From contig CAYVGZ010000039.1 of NCBI GenBank assembly GCA_964450845.1, positions 1-15,025 of the forward strand: a stretch of DNA of 15,025 bases. The letters run 5' to 3'. This document shows positions 6,046 through 14,906 of the stretch, one piece after another (the first letter of the stretch is position 1; each line of letters starts with the position of its first letter). A model generated the notes under the pieces. It ran no database searches. It worked only from the letters and a program-made list of their open reading frames with translations, and was not told where the DNA came from. The DNA comes from an uncultured Candidatus Bathyarchaeia archaeon (GTDB taxonomy: Archaea; Thermoproteota; Bathyarchaeia; Bathyarchaeales; Bathycorpusculaceae). Made by a program: the position numbers and the translations under genes.

Positions 6046-8280
6046 CTAAAGAGGAGTGTGCTTCCTTCTTAAGACAAATGCAGCTGCCAGAGTTGCTATC
6101 ATGAACAGCGGCAAAATAAGTAACGCTTGAAATTCTGGAATTACAAAATCTTCCAACATCAACGTAATCTGCTTATTCTCTGTCATATCAATCGTTGCAT
6201 TTGCTGAATGTGTGGCATAGGTTGCTGTCACCGTGTAATTTCCATACGGATGTGCTCCTGTAGCGTTAGTCATAAGTTGAACCAAAATAAACTTGGCCCA
6301 GCCACCTGAATCTGCCAAATAGGAATATGCAACTGTCCCATTCTGATAGTTAACTGTCACGTTTGCATACGGAACATCGTCACTATTCATGTCTACTACA
6401 TGCACATTGAGATACCAGCAAACATAAGTCCTCGACTGATCGTGATTCTCACCATAGTTAGCCATCGAATTTATGGCCCACACCTCGGAGTTATCATAGG
6501 AATATGCATAGTTTGTTGAAGAATTGTATGCATAGAGCTTGGAATTTTGATATGTTATTACTGCATAAGTGACATTTACAGCGTAAGCCGAAACAACTGT
6601 CGAATCGTAGATATAAACGAAATGCAATGTCGAGTTAGATATTGTCGCGTTAGAGCTATTCTCAAGGCTCAGGCTCCAAAGATCGACGTACGAGTTTACG
6701 ACTGTGACGTTTGGTGCTTCGCCACCAACAGTAACCGTTACTGAACAGTTAAGTTTGAAATCCCAATAGCCAAAGTAACCCGGGTTAAGTCCATCAATAG
6801 AGCAGTTTATAGAGGCAGCATAAACAGTGATGTAACCTGAAATCGAGCAGTTGGAAATATATACGTCAGCGTCATCGCGACCGGTAAGAATGTCGATTGT
6901 GCAGTTGTGCGCTTCAAAGCTTGAATCATCATATATGTGAGTTGCGTAGGATGTTGAATCCCGCAAATTGAAGTTGGAAGTGCCGAAGGCATGAATGAAC
7001 TGGACAAAGGAATTTGAAACAGACACATAAGAATCATCAAAGGTGCGTAGCCAAATCGAACCTACTGTGTTGAGCATCTCTATTGAGCCTGTGCTGTTTC
7101 CATAAAGGCTCATGAACAGATCATAGCCATTTGTGCTTATGCTGGCGTTTTCTATTATCAGACGCGGGTTGCCATAAGCTGGATTGCGCAAAGTCAAATT
7201 AAATTGATGATCCTCAGACTGCGTGAAATTTACGTACGCATTTCTCAGAATCAGCGTGGCATTTTCTTCTACAATCATGCTCCCATTAATGTTAAAGGTT
7301 CCTTCAATAACATAGACGCCGTCGCCGCTGAGATGCAAGTCTCCAAGGTATAACGGACTTTTGCTGACAACCCACTCCACGCCATTCCAATGCAATATAA
7401 GCCCAAAATCGCCAACAGCCCAACCATCAAAAGCATCAACCATAAACACTGAAAAGAGGTAGCTGGTTGCGGGTTTTGTGACACTGTTCCATGTGGTTCC
7501 GTTGTAGTGAAGTATGTCTTGATCGCCCACTATCCAACCGTCAGTGGCGTTGAGCATAAACACTGACCTTAAAGTATGGGGAGTTGGGCTTGTAAAGTTA
7601 CTCCAAGCTGTGCCGTTCCAATGAATTATTGTTCCGTAAGAGCCTACGGCCCAGCCCTTAGTAGCGTTAACCATAAAGACTGAATGGATACCACTTGATG
7701 TTGGACTTGTAACTGATTTCCAAGCTGTGCCGTTCCAGCGTAATATGCCGTAGGCGCCGCTTACAGCCCAGCCGTCTGTGGCATTAACCATAAAAACTGA
7801 CTTCAGCCAATTTGACGTTGGACTTGTGACTATGCTCCATGCGGTGCCATTCCAACGAATTATAATTCCATTCCAACCAACTGCCCAGCCTTCAGTAGCA
7901 TTAATAATATACACTCCATAAAGGTTCTCAGAAGTTGGGCTTGCAACCTCACTCCAAGCAGTTCCATCCCAATGAATTGTGGTTCCCTCAGTACCAACTG
8001 CCCAGCCATCAGTAGCATTAACCATATGAATTGACATAAGATTACTCCCTGTTGGACTTGGCACTGTTCTCCAAGTAGCACCGTTCCAATGAAGTATAGT
8101 TTGGCCAACTGCCCAGCCATCGCTGGAGTCAAGCATAAAAACTGATCTCAAGTCTTTATCTGTCCAATCAAACGACATAGGCTCAAAACCAGACGTAGCC
8201 GCATACACACAAACTCTAACATTCATTCCAGCAGTAAACAACAAGCACAAAAAAAACGTTGCAAAGACCAAATTCTTCAT
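6046..8280 (-). CDS. Secreted surface glycoprotein: 7-blade YCF48/BNR-like beta-propeller, beta-helix-like region, Ig-like domain, PEF-CTERM anchor
   Basis: Signal peptide. Seven LxSVFMxNATDGWAVGxxGxIxHWNGTAWxxxxSPT repeats, a Ser/Asn-rich beta-helical region, about 30 NxS/T sequons, then VIPEF, TM helix and RRK. Confidence 0.9.
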   Translation of the reverse strand: MKNLVFATFFLCLLFTAGMNVRVCVYAATSGFEPMSFDWTDKDLRSVFMLDSSDGWAVGQTILHWNGATWRTVPSPTGSNLMSIHMVNATDGWAVGTEGTTIHWDGTAWSEVASPTSENLYGVYIINATEGWAVGWNGIIIRWNGTAWSIVTSPTSNWLKSVFMVNATDGWAVSGAYGILRWNGTAWKSVTSPTSSGIHSVFMVNATKGWAVGSYGTIIHWNGTAWSNFTSPTPHTLRSVFMLNATDGWIVGDQDILHYNGTTWNSVTKPATSYLFSVFMVDAFDGWAVGDFGLILHWNGVEWVVSKSPLYLGDLHLSGDGVYVIEGTFNINGSMIVEENATLILRNAYVNFTQSEDHQFNLTLRNPAYGNPRLIIENASISTNGYDLFMSLYGNSTGSIEMLNTVGSIWLRTFDDSYVSVSNSFVQFIHAFGTSNFNLRDSTSYATHIYDDSSFEAHNCTIDILTGRDDADVYISNCSISGYITVYAASINCSIDGLNPGYFGYWDFKLNCSVTVTVGGEAPNVTVVNSYVDLWSLSLENSSNATISNSTLHFVYIYDSTVVSAYAVNVTYAVITYQNSKLYAYNSSTNYAYSYDNSEVWAINSMANYGENHDQSRTYVCWYLNVHVVDMNSDDVPYANVTVNYQNGTVAYSYLADSGGWAKFILVQLMTNATGAHPYGNYTVTATYATHSANATIDMTENKQITLMLEDFVIPEFQALLILPLFMIATLAAAFVLRRKHTPL
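7354..8160 (-). repeat. Intragenic ~117-bp tandem repeats (7 propeller blades)
   Basis: gttgg(a/g)cttg recurs at 7583, 7700, 7817, 7934 and 8051, an exact 117-nt period. Confidence 0.9.
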
Positions 8281-8312
8281 AGGGCATCGCTACCCTATTC
8301 TTCACACCAGCT

Positions 8313-8327
8313 TTTTATAATTTTCGA
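8313..8327 (-). promoter_or_regulatory. BRE plus TATA promoter of the 744-aa gene
   Basis: Minus strand reads CGAAAA-TTATAAAA about 33 nt upstream of ATG 8280. Confidence 0.7.
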
Positions 8328-8402
8328 AAAGCATTGACTGCAAACAATAGTCAGAACAGAGCTTTTTCAGAAGTATAACAACGATGCGATATATAGGTAG
8401 GC

Positions 8403-8498
8403 TATTTAAGCCCCGAGCGTTACCGATACGCACAGACAAACTGAATACTTTCAGTTTTTTATGAATTTTAACATAATATGCCCTTTTTTGGTGACTGC
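8403..8498 (+). repeat. Diverged ~95-bp intergenic repeat, copy 2; candidate small structured RNA
   Basis: Homologous to 50-145. Closing stem 8417-8426 with 8488-8498 and an internal perfect hairpin AAACTGAA-TACT-TTCAGTTT. Confidence 0.65.
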
Positions 8499-8573
8499 TC
8501 TCTAAGAATTCATCAATCTGGATAGCAATCTATCTAATACACTAAGAATCTAAAATAAGCTTGAAACATGAAA

Positions 8574-8608
8574 GTATGCCCACCCATACTTTGTATGGGT
8601 ACCCCTAC
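8574..8608. promoter_or_regulatory. Tandem pair of 16-bp imperfect palindromes (consensus GTATGGGTACCCATAC) downstream of the ATPase gene
   Basis: GTATGCCCACCCATAC (13/16), 3-nt spacer, GTATGGGTACCCCTAC (15/16). Confidence 0.8.
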
Positions 8609-8655
8609 TCCCGAATGCCTTCAACCATGTCTCAGCTTCAGTGACCAACAAATAA

Positions 8656-9751
8656 CTATTCAGGCAGAGGCTCCTCTCTAATGCCTTCGATCAAAAGCGC
8701 ATCAGAAATGGAATATTTACCATCAGTCTCAAATATGATTCCCATGTTAACCAGATTTCTGATAAGAGTTGAAACAGCATGGTTCGTTATTGACCGCGCC
8801 TCTTTCGTCTCAACCACAGACTTGATTTGAGACCAACTCGCTTCTCCTACCTTCATAACAAAATTGAGAATAACACCATAACGTCGGGATAGAGCAACAA
8901 TCTTCAAAACTTCTTCTCTCGCCAGTTTCCCAGCCTCAGAAGCAACTTCATCCACAAGCTCTCTTGAACATAGATTTCTATCTCGACACCTCACACCAAA
9001 CAGCGTCAGCCACCCTGGAACCCCGTCGAGCCTCTTAACGGCATACTCTAACACTTCAGAGCTTGGCTCCAGCTTAACCTGCTTAAACCCCGAAACAAGG
9101 AAGTCCTTTGCCATACTTGCAGAGAAATTTTTCATTTGAACTTGAACAAAATGCCTTCCGTACAAAGGAGAATCAGGCTGATCAAAACCCAAGAAAACAA
9201 ATAAGACTCCAACCTCTGAACCAGTTACCACGACCACAACGTTATGATAAGAATCAACAACATGCGCAAGAAAACGAAGCATCCACTTATCTCCACGAAT
9301 AACCTGAATTTCGTCAAATGCAATCACAAATTTTTTCTTCTTCTTTGCAGCCCAGCTATCGATCTCACCGAAAAGCTCAGCTAAATCCACTCCTGCCTTA
9401 CCCTGCTCAAAGCTCAACTCACTCCCAAGAACCGACACACCCTTTAGGTGTTTCAAAGCCTCAGAGAGATCAGAGAACAATTTTCGGTCAATCTGTCTAA
9501 ACGCTGCTTCCAGCCTCCGAACAATGTCAGCATAAGAAGGATTAAAAGGCAATCCACGCAAATCCAAAATCGCAAAGGGACAACCGCACTCAACCAAAGC
9601 AACATTGACAAAAGAAGTCTTTCCAGTCCGACGAAGACCGGTAACAACAATCAAAGGCGAGTAAGACAAAGCCTTAAAAAACTGCTCAAGCTCTTTCTCG
9701 CGATTATAAAGATCTTCTTTTTTTTGTCTTTGGACGGGGATCAAAATACAT
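8656..9751 (-). CDS. Archaeal AAA-type P-loop ATPase with C-terminal winged helix; natural start is frameshifted at an A8 run (possible pseudogene, phase-variable gene or sequence error)
   Basis: Walker A GLRRTGKTS, Walker B IAFDEIQ, C-terminal wHTH. ATG 9751 gives the family-typical MYFDPRPKTKK, which joins EDLYNREKELE only if one A of the run at 9718-9725 is removed (364 aa). Confidence 0.8.
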
Positions 9752-9786
9752 GTATAGGCACCCATACTGCGTATGCCTACCCATAC
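9752..9786. promoter_or_regulatory. Tandem pair of 16-bp imperfect palindromes directly abutting the ATPase start codon (putative operator)
   Basis: GTATAGGCACCCATAC (14/16), 3-nt spacer, GTATGCCTACCCATAC (14/16). Same 19-bp period as 8574-8608. Confidence 0.8.
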
Positions 9787-9840
9787 TAACAAAGTTTTCA
9801 ACATCACGCTACAATGCGTTAGGCAACAACATCAAGACTC

Positions 9841-9899
9841 AAAAAAGAGGGGATTTGCGGGAGCTTTCACCATTTTCTCCGAAAATAGGGCAACCCCGC
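9841..9899 (-). repeat. Conserved integrase-downstream element, copy C
   Basis: 46/50 identity to 3878-3927, with the same A-run on its left. No clear integrase remnant upstream. Confidence 0.9.
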
Positions 9900-9956
9900 A
9901 ACAAGCTGATATTTGACTTTGTCTGTTGGGTTATTTTTGTGTTTCCTTGTTGACAA

Positions 9957-11912
9957 ATGTTTTTACTGCGAAAACGGTTATTGAGAAGTAGGGTGAAAAT
10001 CGGTTTGTCTTCGTTAAGTGAGGCAATAAAACGAACCAGTGATGTGCTTAGGTTTGGTGCTTCAAAACAGGTTTTGGATTACGAGCAGCGGTTCTCATCA
10101 ATCAAAAATCTTTACGATGGTTTACTTTTAAATCTTATAAAGATGGATTTTGACTTTGAAGAGGCTTGCGTAACTGCACAAAAGTTTTTCGGGGCATCAA
10201 GTGTTCGTTTTGCGGGTATAGATGGCACAATGTATTCGCGGCCGCTGTTTGATTTGGTGATTTTCTTCGGCGGAGCTTATGCTTCAACTGGTACAATAAC
10301 TTTTTCGGAGAAGGACAAGCCCCTAGTTGAGTATGATGAAAGAACTGTTCAGCAAGGTGCAGGAATATCAAGCGTTGTGCCTGTTTACGTCAACGAGATT
10401 CCAGATATAGATCAGACGTTTTTTGATGTTGAGCAGCCTGGGGAAATCAGTTTAGGTAAGCCGCTGGTGGATGAAGCAATAATAAGTAATGCCACGATTG
10501 CGAATTGGATAATGACTTTCGCCGAGTATTATCTTGCCTATAAGCTTGCCACAGACTTAGAACAGAATGTACGTATTATTCTTTTGGATAGAAGTCTATC
10601 CATTGAGCGTGCAAGCCTCCTTTATGACACTTCAAAGTATGAATTATGGAAGGCGAAAAGCAGCATAATTGGGTATAAAATTGACAATGAGCCTATCGAT
10701 GTTAATGACTTAACTATTGCAAGACAATATGTTTGCAATGAGGCATTGGGTTTGCCGCCTCAAAGGGCAGATTATCTGCGTTATGCAATAATTGAATTAG
10801 TCAGGCGAAAAGGAGCTTTAACTGAGAAGCAGATTTTGGCCGAATTTGGGATAACTGACGAGAAAAGAACCAGAAGAGCAGGGCGATACCTTAAACATTT
10901 GATTAAGCGGGGTGTTCTTGTCGAGGAAAATGAGAATTATAGTTTGGTTCCTAAGTATAATACGACTTGGGAACGCATCAAAAAGCTTGTTATAAGTTTG
11001 GGTGATCGGTTCTTTTTTACGAAAACATCGGGGACGGAAACGGCAAATTTGATGAAAATTTTGAAGGAGGGAAAAGAGAGTTGGCTTACAACTCTTGACA
11101 TTGCTTTTCTTACGCTTTTCACGTTGCACATGCTTGTGGAGGAATGTTGGAAAAGACAAATTTTGCTTGTAGGCGTCACGAAGGACACTGCTGCAAGGGA
11201 TTTTAAGAGGCAATTGATTCCAATAATGTACAATGAAGGCTTATTGAAAGCGGCTATTTCGCAGGAAGAGTTTGAAAAATTGCCGAACACTGATCGTATG
11301 ATACTGCAGTCTGCCAGCATTTTCAACAACGAAAAAATTAAGCTTCCGTGGAGTATAGTCGAATATGATTCAGCTTTCAGAACTATGGTTTCTGATAGGC
11401 AGGGTCGCAGGGGTTATGTTTCTGGGGCGATAAAGAACAAGATTGGCTTAGAGAAGACTTTTTTGAAGACGTATGTGCAGTTAAGCCAAGCCAAAACGGA
11501 TTCGATGTTGAGGAGTAATGTGTTGTTGATAGATCGTCTTGTTTATCCGCAGTATGATTATAGGCGTGAAAGTGTTGTGGAGTTTTGGAATGAACTGAGT
11601 GATGGTACGAGAGAGCCTGTTGAAGCGATTTTGTTTGTGGATAAAAGGGTTCCGAATAAGCTGCAAAACTTGGTTATGACTGTTTTGGCTGCTATGGTTC
11701 CGTCTAGTATTCCTGAAGCTTTCGGTCACAATAAGCCCTTGTTTATTGCGGATAAGATTGCTAAGTGGAATTACAGTCAATTCAAGTGTGTTGTGGATAC
11801 TACTGCGGATTGGATATTGAATAACCATAAATTGAGAAGGTTCATATTTTATATGAGCACGTTTAGGGAGAGGAGGACTGCAATTGAAGCTGCAAGAAGA
11901 GAAGGCATTTAA
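9957..11912 (+). CDS. nurA: NurA-family nuclease with internal winged-helix insertion (likely start TTG 10005)
   Basis: Motifs FAGIDGT, FAEYYLA, ILLDRSL, VGVTKD and GHNKPLFIADKIAK. wHTH-like segment at aa ~271-335. GGTGA at 9992-9996 lies 8 nt before TTG 10005. Confidence 0.8.
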   Translation: MFLLRKRLLRSRVKIGLSSLSEAIKRTSDVLRFGASKQVLDYEQRFSSIKNLYDGLLLNLIKMDFDFEEACVTAQKFFGASSVRFAGIDGTMYSRPLFDLVIFFGGAYASTGTITFSEKDKPLVEYDERTVQQGAGISSVVPVYVNEIPDIDQTFFDVEQPGEISLGKPLVDEAIISNATIANWIMTFAEYYLAYKLATDLEQNVRIILLDRSLSIERASLLYDTSKYELWKAKSSIIGYKIDNEPIDVNDLTIARQYVCNEALGLPPQRADYLRYAIIELVRRKGALTEKQILAEFGITDEKRTRRAGRYLKHLIKRGVLVEENENYSLVPKYNTTWERIKKLVISLGDRFFFTKTSGTETANLMKILKEGKESWLTTLDIAFLTLFTLHMLVEECWKRQILLVGVTKDTAARDFKRQLIPIMYNEGLLKAAISQEEFEKLPNTDRMILQSASIFNNEKIKLPWSIVEYDSAFRTMVSDRQGRRGYVSGAIKNKIGLEKTFLKTYVQLSQAKTDSMLRSNVLLIDRLVYPQYDYRRESVVEFWNELSDGTREPVEAILFVDKRVPNKLQNLVMTVLAAMVPSSIPEAFGHNKPLFIADKIAKWNYSQFKCVVDTTADWILNNHKLRRFIFYMSTFRERRTAIEAARREGI

Positions 11913-12067
11913 TGGTTATGTGCGTGTTCTGTTGCTGTTTGCGGTTACTATCCCCCTCTATATATACCTTGAATTTATGGTTAGAACTTAAGCGTGGATT
12001 TAGCGGAAATAGCTTAAATTGAAAAAGCAGTCTATACACAATCATAAATCCAGAGGCGAACAATCCT

Positions 12068-13954
12068 TTGAATACGCAAAAAGAAACCACACTAAACGAG
12101 TTCTGCTTCACGAATTTTGACGACAGGTTCCACGCGAGACTTGCTGCTGTTATTCCAAGATTTTTTGGTGGAGCAGAGGAAACTAAGCTTTCGGGCACGA
12201 GTGCCCGTTATCAGTGTCGCGCTAAAGTTGAGTATCAGAAGGATTTGATGGGGCTTTTGGAAGAGGGCATGCTTTTGGCTGTTAAGAACTTTAAGCAGGC
12301 AATGGGGCAGGGTGAGGAGAGGTTTACGCTTATGGAGATTAGTCGAGTTTGGCCTGAGCATTTTGGTTTGCGTGGGTTGTCTGATCATGGTTATTATCCT
12401 ATGCAGTTTGAGATTATTGAGCAGTCTGAAGTGGATTGGCAGACGGATGATAAGTCTACTATGATGATTCAGATAGACGCCATTCCAATAAACTACGATT
12501 TAATCCTAAACAAACAGTGCGAGTTCGAGTTTGTTAAGGGCTTTTCGTATCCAGTTGTAGGAAGCTCCGCCTTTTTGCTGAATAGTGAAATGATAAATCG
12601 CATGTATAACCAGAAGATAGCCGAAAAGTTTGGCATAGACCCATCTAAAACTGTTGAAGATGCTAGGGCTGATCCGAGGCTTGGCTTAATTAAAATGTTT
12701 CAAGCAAGTAAAACAGTTATTCCTATCTATGTTGATTTTGAGAAGCTTGTTCGCTATCACTTCGGTGTTTTTGCTTTTACGGGTGGTGGAAAAAGCAATT
12801 TGATGTCGAACGTTCTTAGGCGAATTTTGGTGCATACTGACAACACGAAGGTTATAATTTTTGACATAAGCTGCGAATACATATTCCTAATGCTGGATAT
12901 GCTTGCTGACCCAGCGTTTTCGGCGAAGGTTGTTGTTGAGCATAGGATAGATTCGCTTGAACAGTTTTTCAACTCTGTTGTTAAGCCGAGGGAGTATGAG
13001 GCTGATGAGAGAATCAAGGCGGGATTACAGCGTATAATCGAGCAGGGTAAACTTGCCTATTACACGAGACCTAAGCAGAAGATTCCTACTTACAGTCAAT
13101 TTTCGGATGAGCTTGGTGCTCAGAGGAGAGATAGCGTAGATAAACCGCATTACATGAACGCTATTGACAAGATTCATGATGCTATTCTTGAGTATGCGGA
13201 AGAGCATGGTTTGAGCGAAAACCAAGAAGTGAGTGAAGATTTTATTGGATACATAGACCAGCTTGCCACGGAAACCATACAGCAGTTTAAGGTTCACGAA
13301 AAAAGTGGGTTGTATGCGTGGGCTACCACGAGAAGTGCAATCTTGGACATTATTAAAAAGAAACAGGAGAAAGAAAAGGAAGAAGTTGGTGGACTGACAG
13401 CTGAAAAAATCCGTGAATTATTGGAAGATAAAACGACAAGCCTTGTTTGTGTTTCAATTTCAGACCCGTTCATAATAAAGGACTTAGTCATCACTTTGAC
13501 GCAGGATTTACTTGTTCGGAGAAAGCGCAGATTCCAAGTTAAGCCCTACGTCTTGCTTGTTTTTGACGAGGCACAAGAGTTCGTTCCAAGTGGCGCAGGA
13601 GGAATTGATTCTAAATGTTCTGGGCATGTTGAAACTTTGCTCAGGCAGGGGAGAAAGTATGGTTTAGGCGTTTGCATAGCTACACAACGTATTGCCTACT
13701 TGAACACAAACGCTTTGCAGCAGCTGCACACGTATTTTGTTGGCACTTTGCCGCGCCCATATGATCGCACGCTTGTCAGCGATACGTTTATGATAGATAA
13801 GGGTATATTGGAGAAAACTTTGGAGTTTGCGCCGGGCGAGTGGCTTTTGTCAAGCTACATAGCTACTGGCATAGAAAACGTGCCCATATTCATAAAAGCA
13901 GATAACGCAGAAAACGAAATAGAAAAATACCTGAAAGAAAGCAGGTCAAAATGA
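12068..13954 (+). CDS. herA: HerA-like FtsK/HerA-family ATPase (N-terminal HAS-barrel-like domain plus motor domain)
   Basis: Walker A AFTGGGKSN, Walker B LLVFDEAQEF, LRQGRKYG arginine-finger motif, IATQR. GAGGCG before TTG 12068. Directly follows nurA. Confidence 0.85.
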   Translation: MNTQKETTLNEFCFTNFDDRFHARLAAVIPRFFGGAEETKLSGTSARYQCRAKVEYQKDLMGLLEEGMLLAVKNFKQAMGQGEERFTLMEISRVWPEHFGLRGLSDHGYYPMQFEIIEQSEVDWQTDDKSTMMIQIDAIPINYDLILNKQCEFEFVKGFSYPVVGSSAFLLNSEMINRMYNQKIAEKFGIDPSKTVEDARADPRLGLIKMFQASKTVIPIYVDFEKLVRYHFGVFAFTGGGKSNLMSNVLRRILVHTDNTKVIIFDISCEYIFLMLDMLADPAFSAKVVVEHRIDSLEQFFNSVVKPREYEADERIKAGLQRIIEQGKLAYYTRPKQKIPTYSQFSDELGAQRRDSVDKPHYMNAIDKIHDAILEYAEEHGLSENQEVSEDFIGYIDQLATETIQQFKVHEKSGLYAWATTRSAILDIIKKKQEKEKEEVGGLTAEKIRELLEDKTTSLVCVSISDPFIIKDLVITLTQDLLVRRKRRFQVKPYVLLVFDEAQEFVPSGAGGIDSKCSGHVETLLRQGRKYGLGVCIATQRIAYLNTNALQQLHTYFVGTLPRPYDRTLVSDTFMIDKGILEKTLEFAPGEWLLSSYIATGIENVPIFIKADNAENEIEKYLKESRSK

Positions 13955-14074
13955 TTTTCCGATTGTAAGAATATATCTAAGAAGAAAAGAGGAGCATGAA
14001 TGGTCTATCGGCACGCAAATAAGGTACGCTTACAGACATCCCACGCATCTCAATACGCAAACACAAAGAAGACG

Positions 14075-14710
14075 ATGGCTATGAATAGAAAAATGGTGTT
14101 ACTAATCGTTGCATCGATTATCATCGTTTCTTCGACTGTTGGAGTTTACTTGCTTACACAGGTGCGAGAAGCGACTAAACCCTCTTGGCTGAAAGTGGGC
14201 GCTTTCGTGACTTACGAGCAGTTCTTCGTGTGGACAGGGAACAACGCAACAGAGTACATGACGTGGAACATAACCAGACTAGAAAATGATTCCGTTGACC
14301 TGCACCTGATTTCCCACGGCGTGAACACATCTAGTGGAAACGTAGTCATAACAACGGGCGAGGTCAATTGGACGCTCAATGCAGCTACACGCGAGATACT
14401 CGGTGCCTCAGATTCAAACTACATTGGCGAAAAAAACCCATTCTGGATTGAAAAAGACGTCACTGCAGGGTCCACGATAGACATACTTTATGGCTCCAAC
14501 ACCATCAGCAAAAGTGAATCCATCCACGTTCTCGGACAACAACGAGACTGCTGGATCGTTGAGTATCAATGGCCTACGTCCACCATGAAGCGCTGGTACG
14601 ACAAACCTAGCGGGATTGTTCTCAAAATCCAAGTAGTCCTGTATCGCCAAGACATAATAATAGAGATTACAGAAACAGCAGTGCAAACCAACGTTAACCT
14701 AGAATCCTAG
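14075..14710 (+). CDS. N-terminally membrane-anchored/secreted hypothetical protein (ORF open from 14000; start probably 14075 or 14081)
   Basis: MNRK, hydrophobic helix, then a beta-rich domain with PSWLKVGAFVTYE and DCWIVE...WYDKPSGIVLK patterns seen in archaeal exported proteins. Confidence 0.7.
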   Translation: MAMNRKMVLLIVASIIIVSSTVGVYLLTQVREATKPSWLKVGAFVTYEQFFVWTGNNATEYMTWNITRLENDSVDLHLISHGVNTSSGNVVITTGEVNWTLNAATREILGASDSNYIGEKNPFWIEKDVTAGSTIDILYGSNTISKSESIHVLGQQRDCWIVEYQWPTSTMKRWYDKPSGIVLKIQVVLYRQDIIIEITETAVQTNVNLES

Positions 14711-14719
14711 TACACCAGA

Positions 14720-14788
14720 ACAGAGTTTGCAACCTACAAAACCTTCGCAGACTACAGCGACATCATGCCCTTCAGAAAACAGAAATAG
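14720..14788 (+). pseudogene. Possible third integrase C-terminal remnant
   Basis: Reads TEFATYKTFADYSDIMPFRKQK*. ttcagaaaacagaaatag differs at only 2 of 18 nt from the 3' end of the 3970-4050 remnant (ttcagaaaacgaaaatag). The upstream match is weak. Confidence 0.35.
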
Positions 14789-14906
14789 ATGAGAATACTA
14801 AAGTCCCAAACAACTTGGGAAAGGGTTTGGGGGTTCAATCTATTTATAAGGGAGTTCTAGTTTTTCCGAGAGCAACAGAACTGCTCATGAATTGCTAAGT
14901 GTGCAT

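Noticed and set aside
9752-9807. ORF-track N-terminus MMLKTLLVWVGIRSMGAYTCILIPVQRQ of the ATPase
   Set aside because: It runs through the operator palindromes and lacks the family FDPRPK motif, which is present in the adjacent frame from ATG 9751.
1189-9899. Three repeats as a CRISPR array
   Set aside because: The copies are kilobases apart with genes between them, not 30-45 nt spacers, and there are no cas genes.
11912-12022. 36-aa Cys-rich ORF (MVMCVFCCCLR...) overlapping the nurA stop (TAATG)
   Set aside because: No recognisable motif, low-complexity GT-rich sequence, and the interval probably holds herA promoter elements.
924-14686. Remaining short ORFs in the track (e.g. 924-1172, 3956-4159, 4254-4589, 9448-9789, 10818-11213, 11863-12198, 14414-14686)
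   Set aside because: They are antisense or alternate-frame shadows of better-supported genes or remnants, with no recognisable domains.
14708-14788. Amber (pyrrolysine) read-through of the 14075-14710 gene
   Set aside because: Only 25 open codons follow, with no pyl context. The segment is better explained as an integrase-tail-like remnant or chance.
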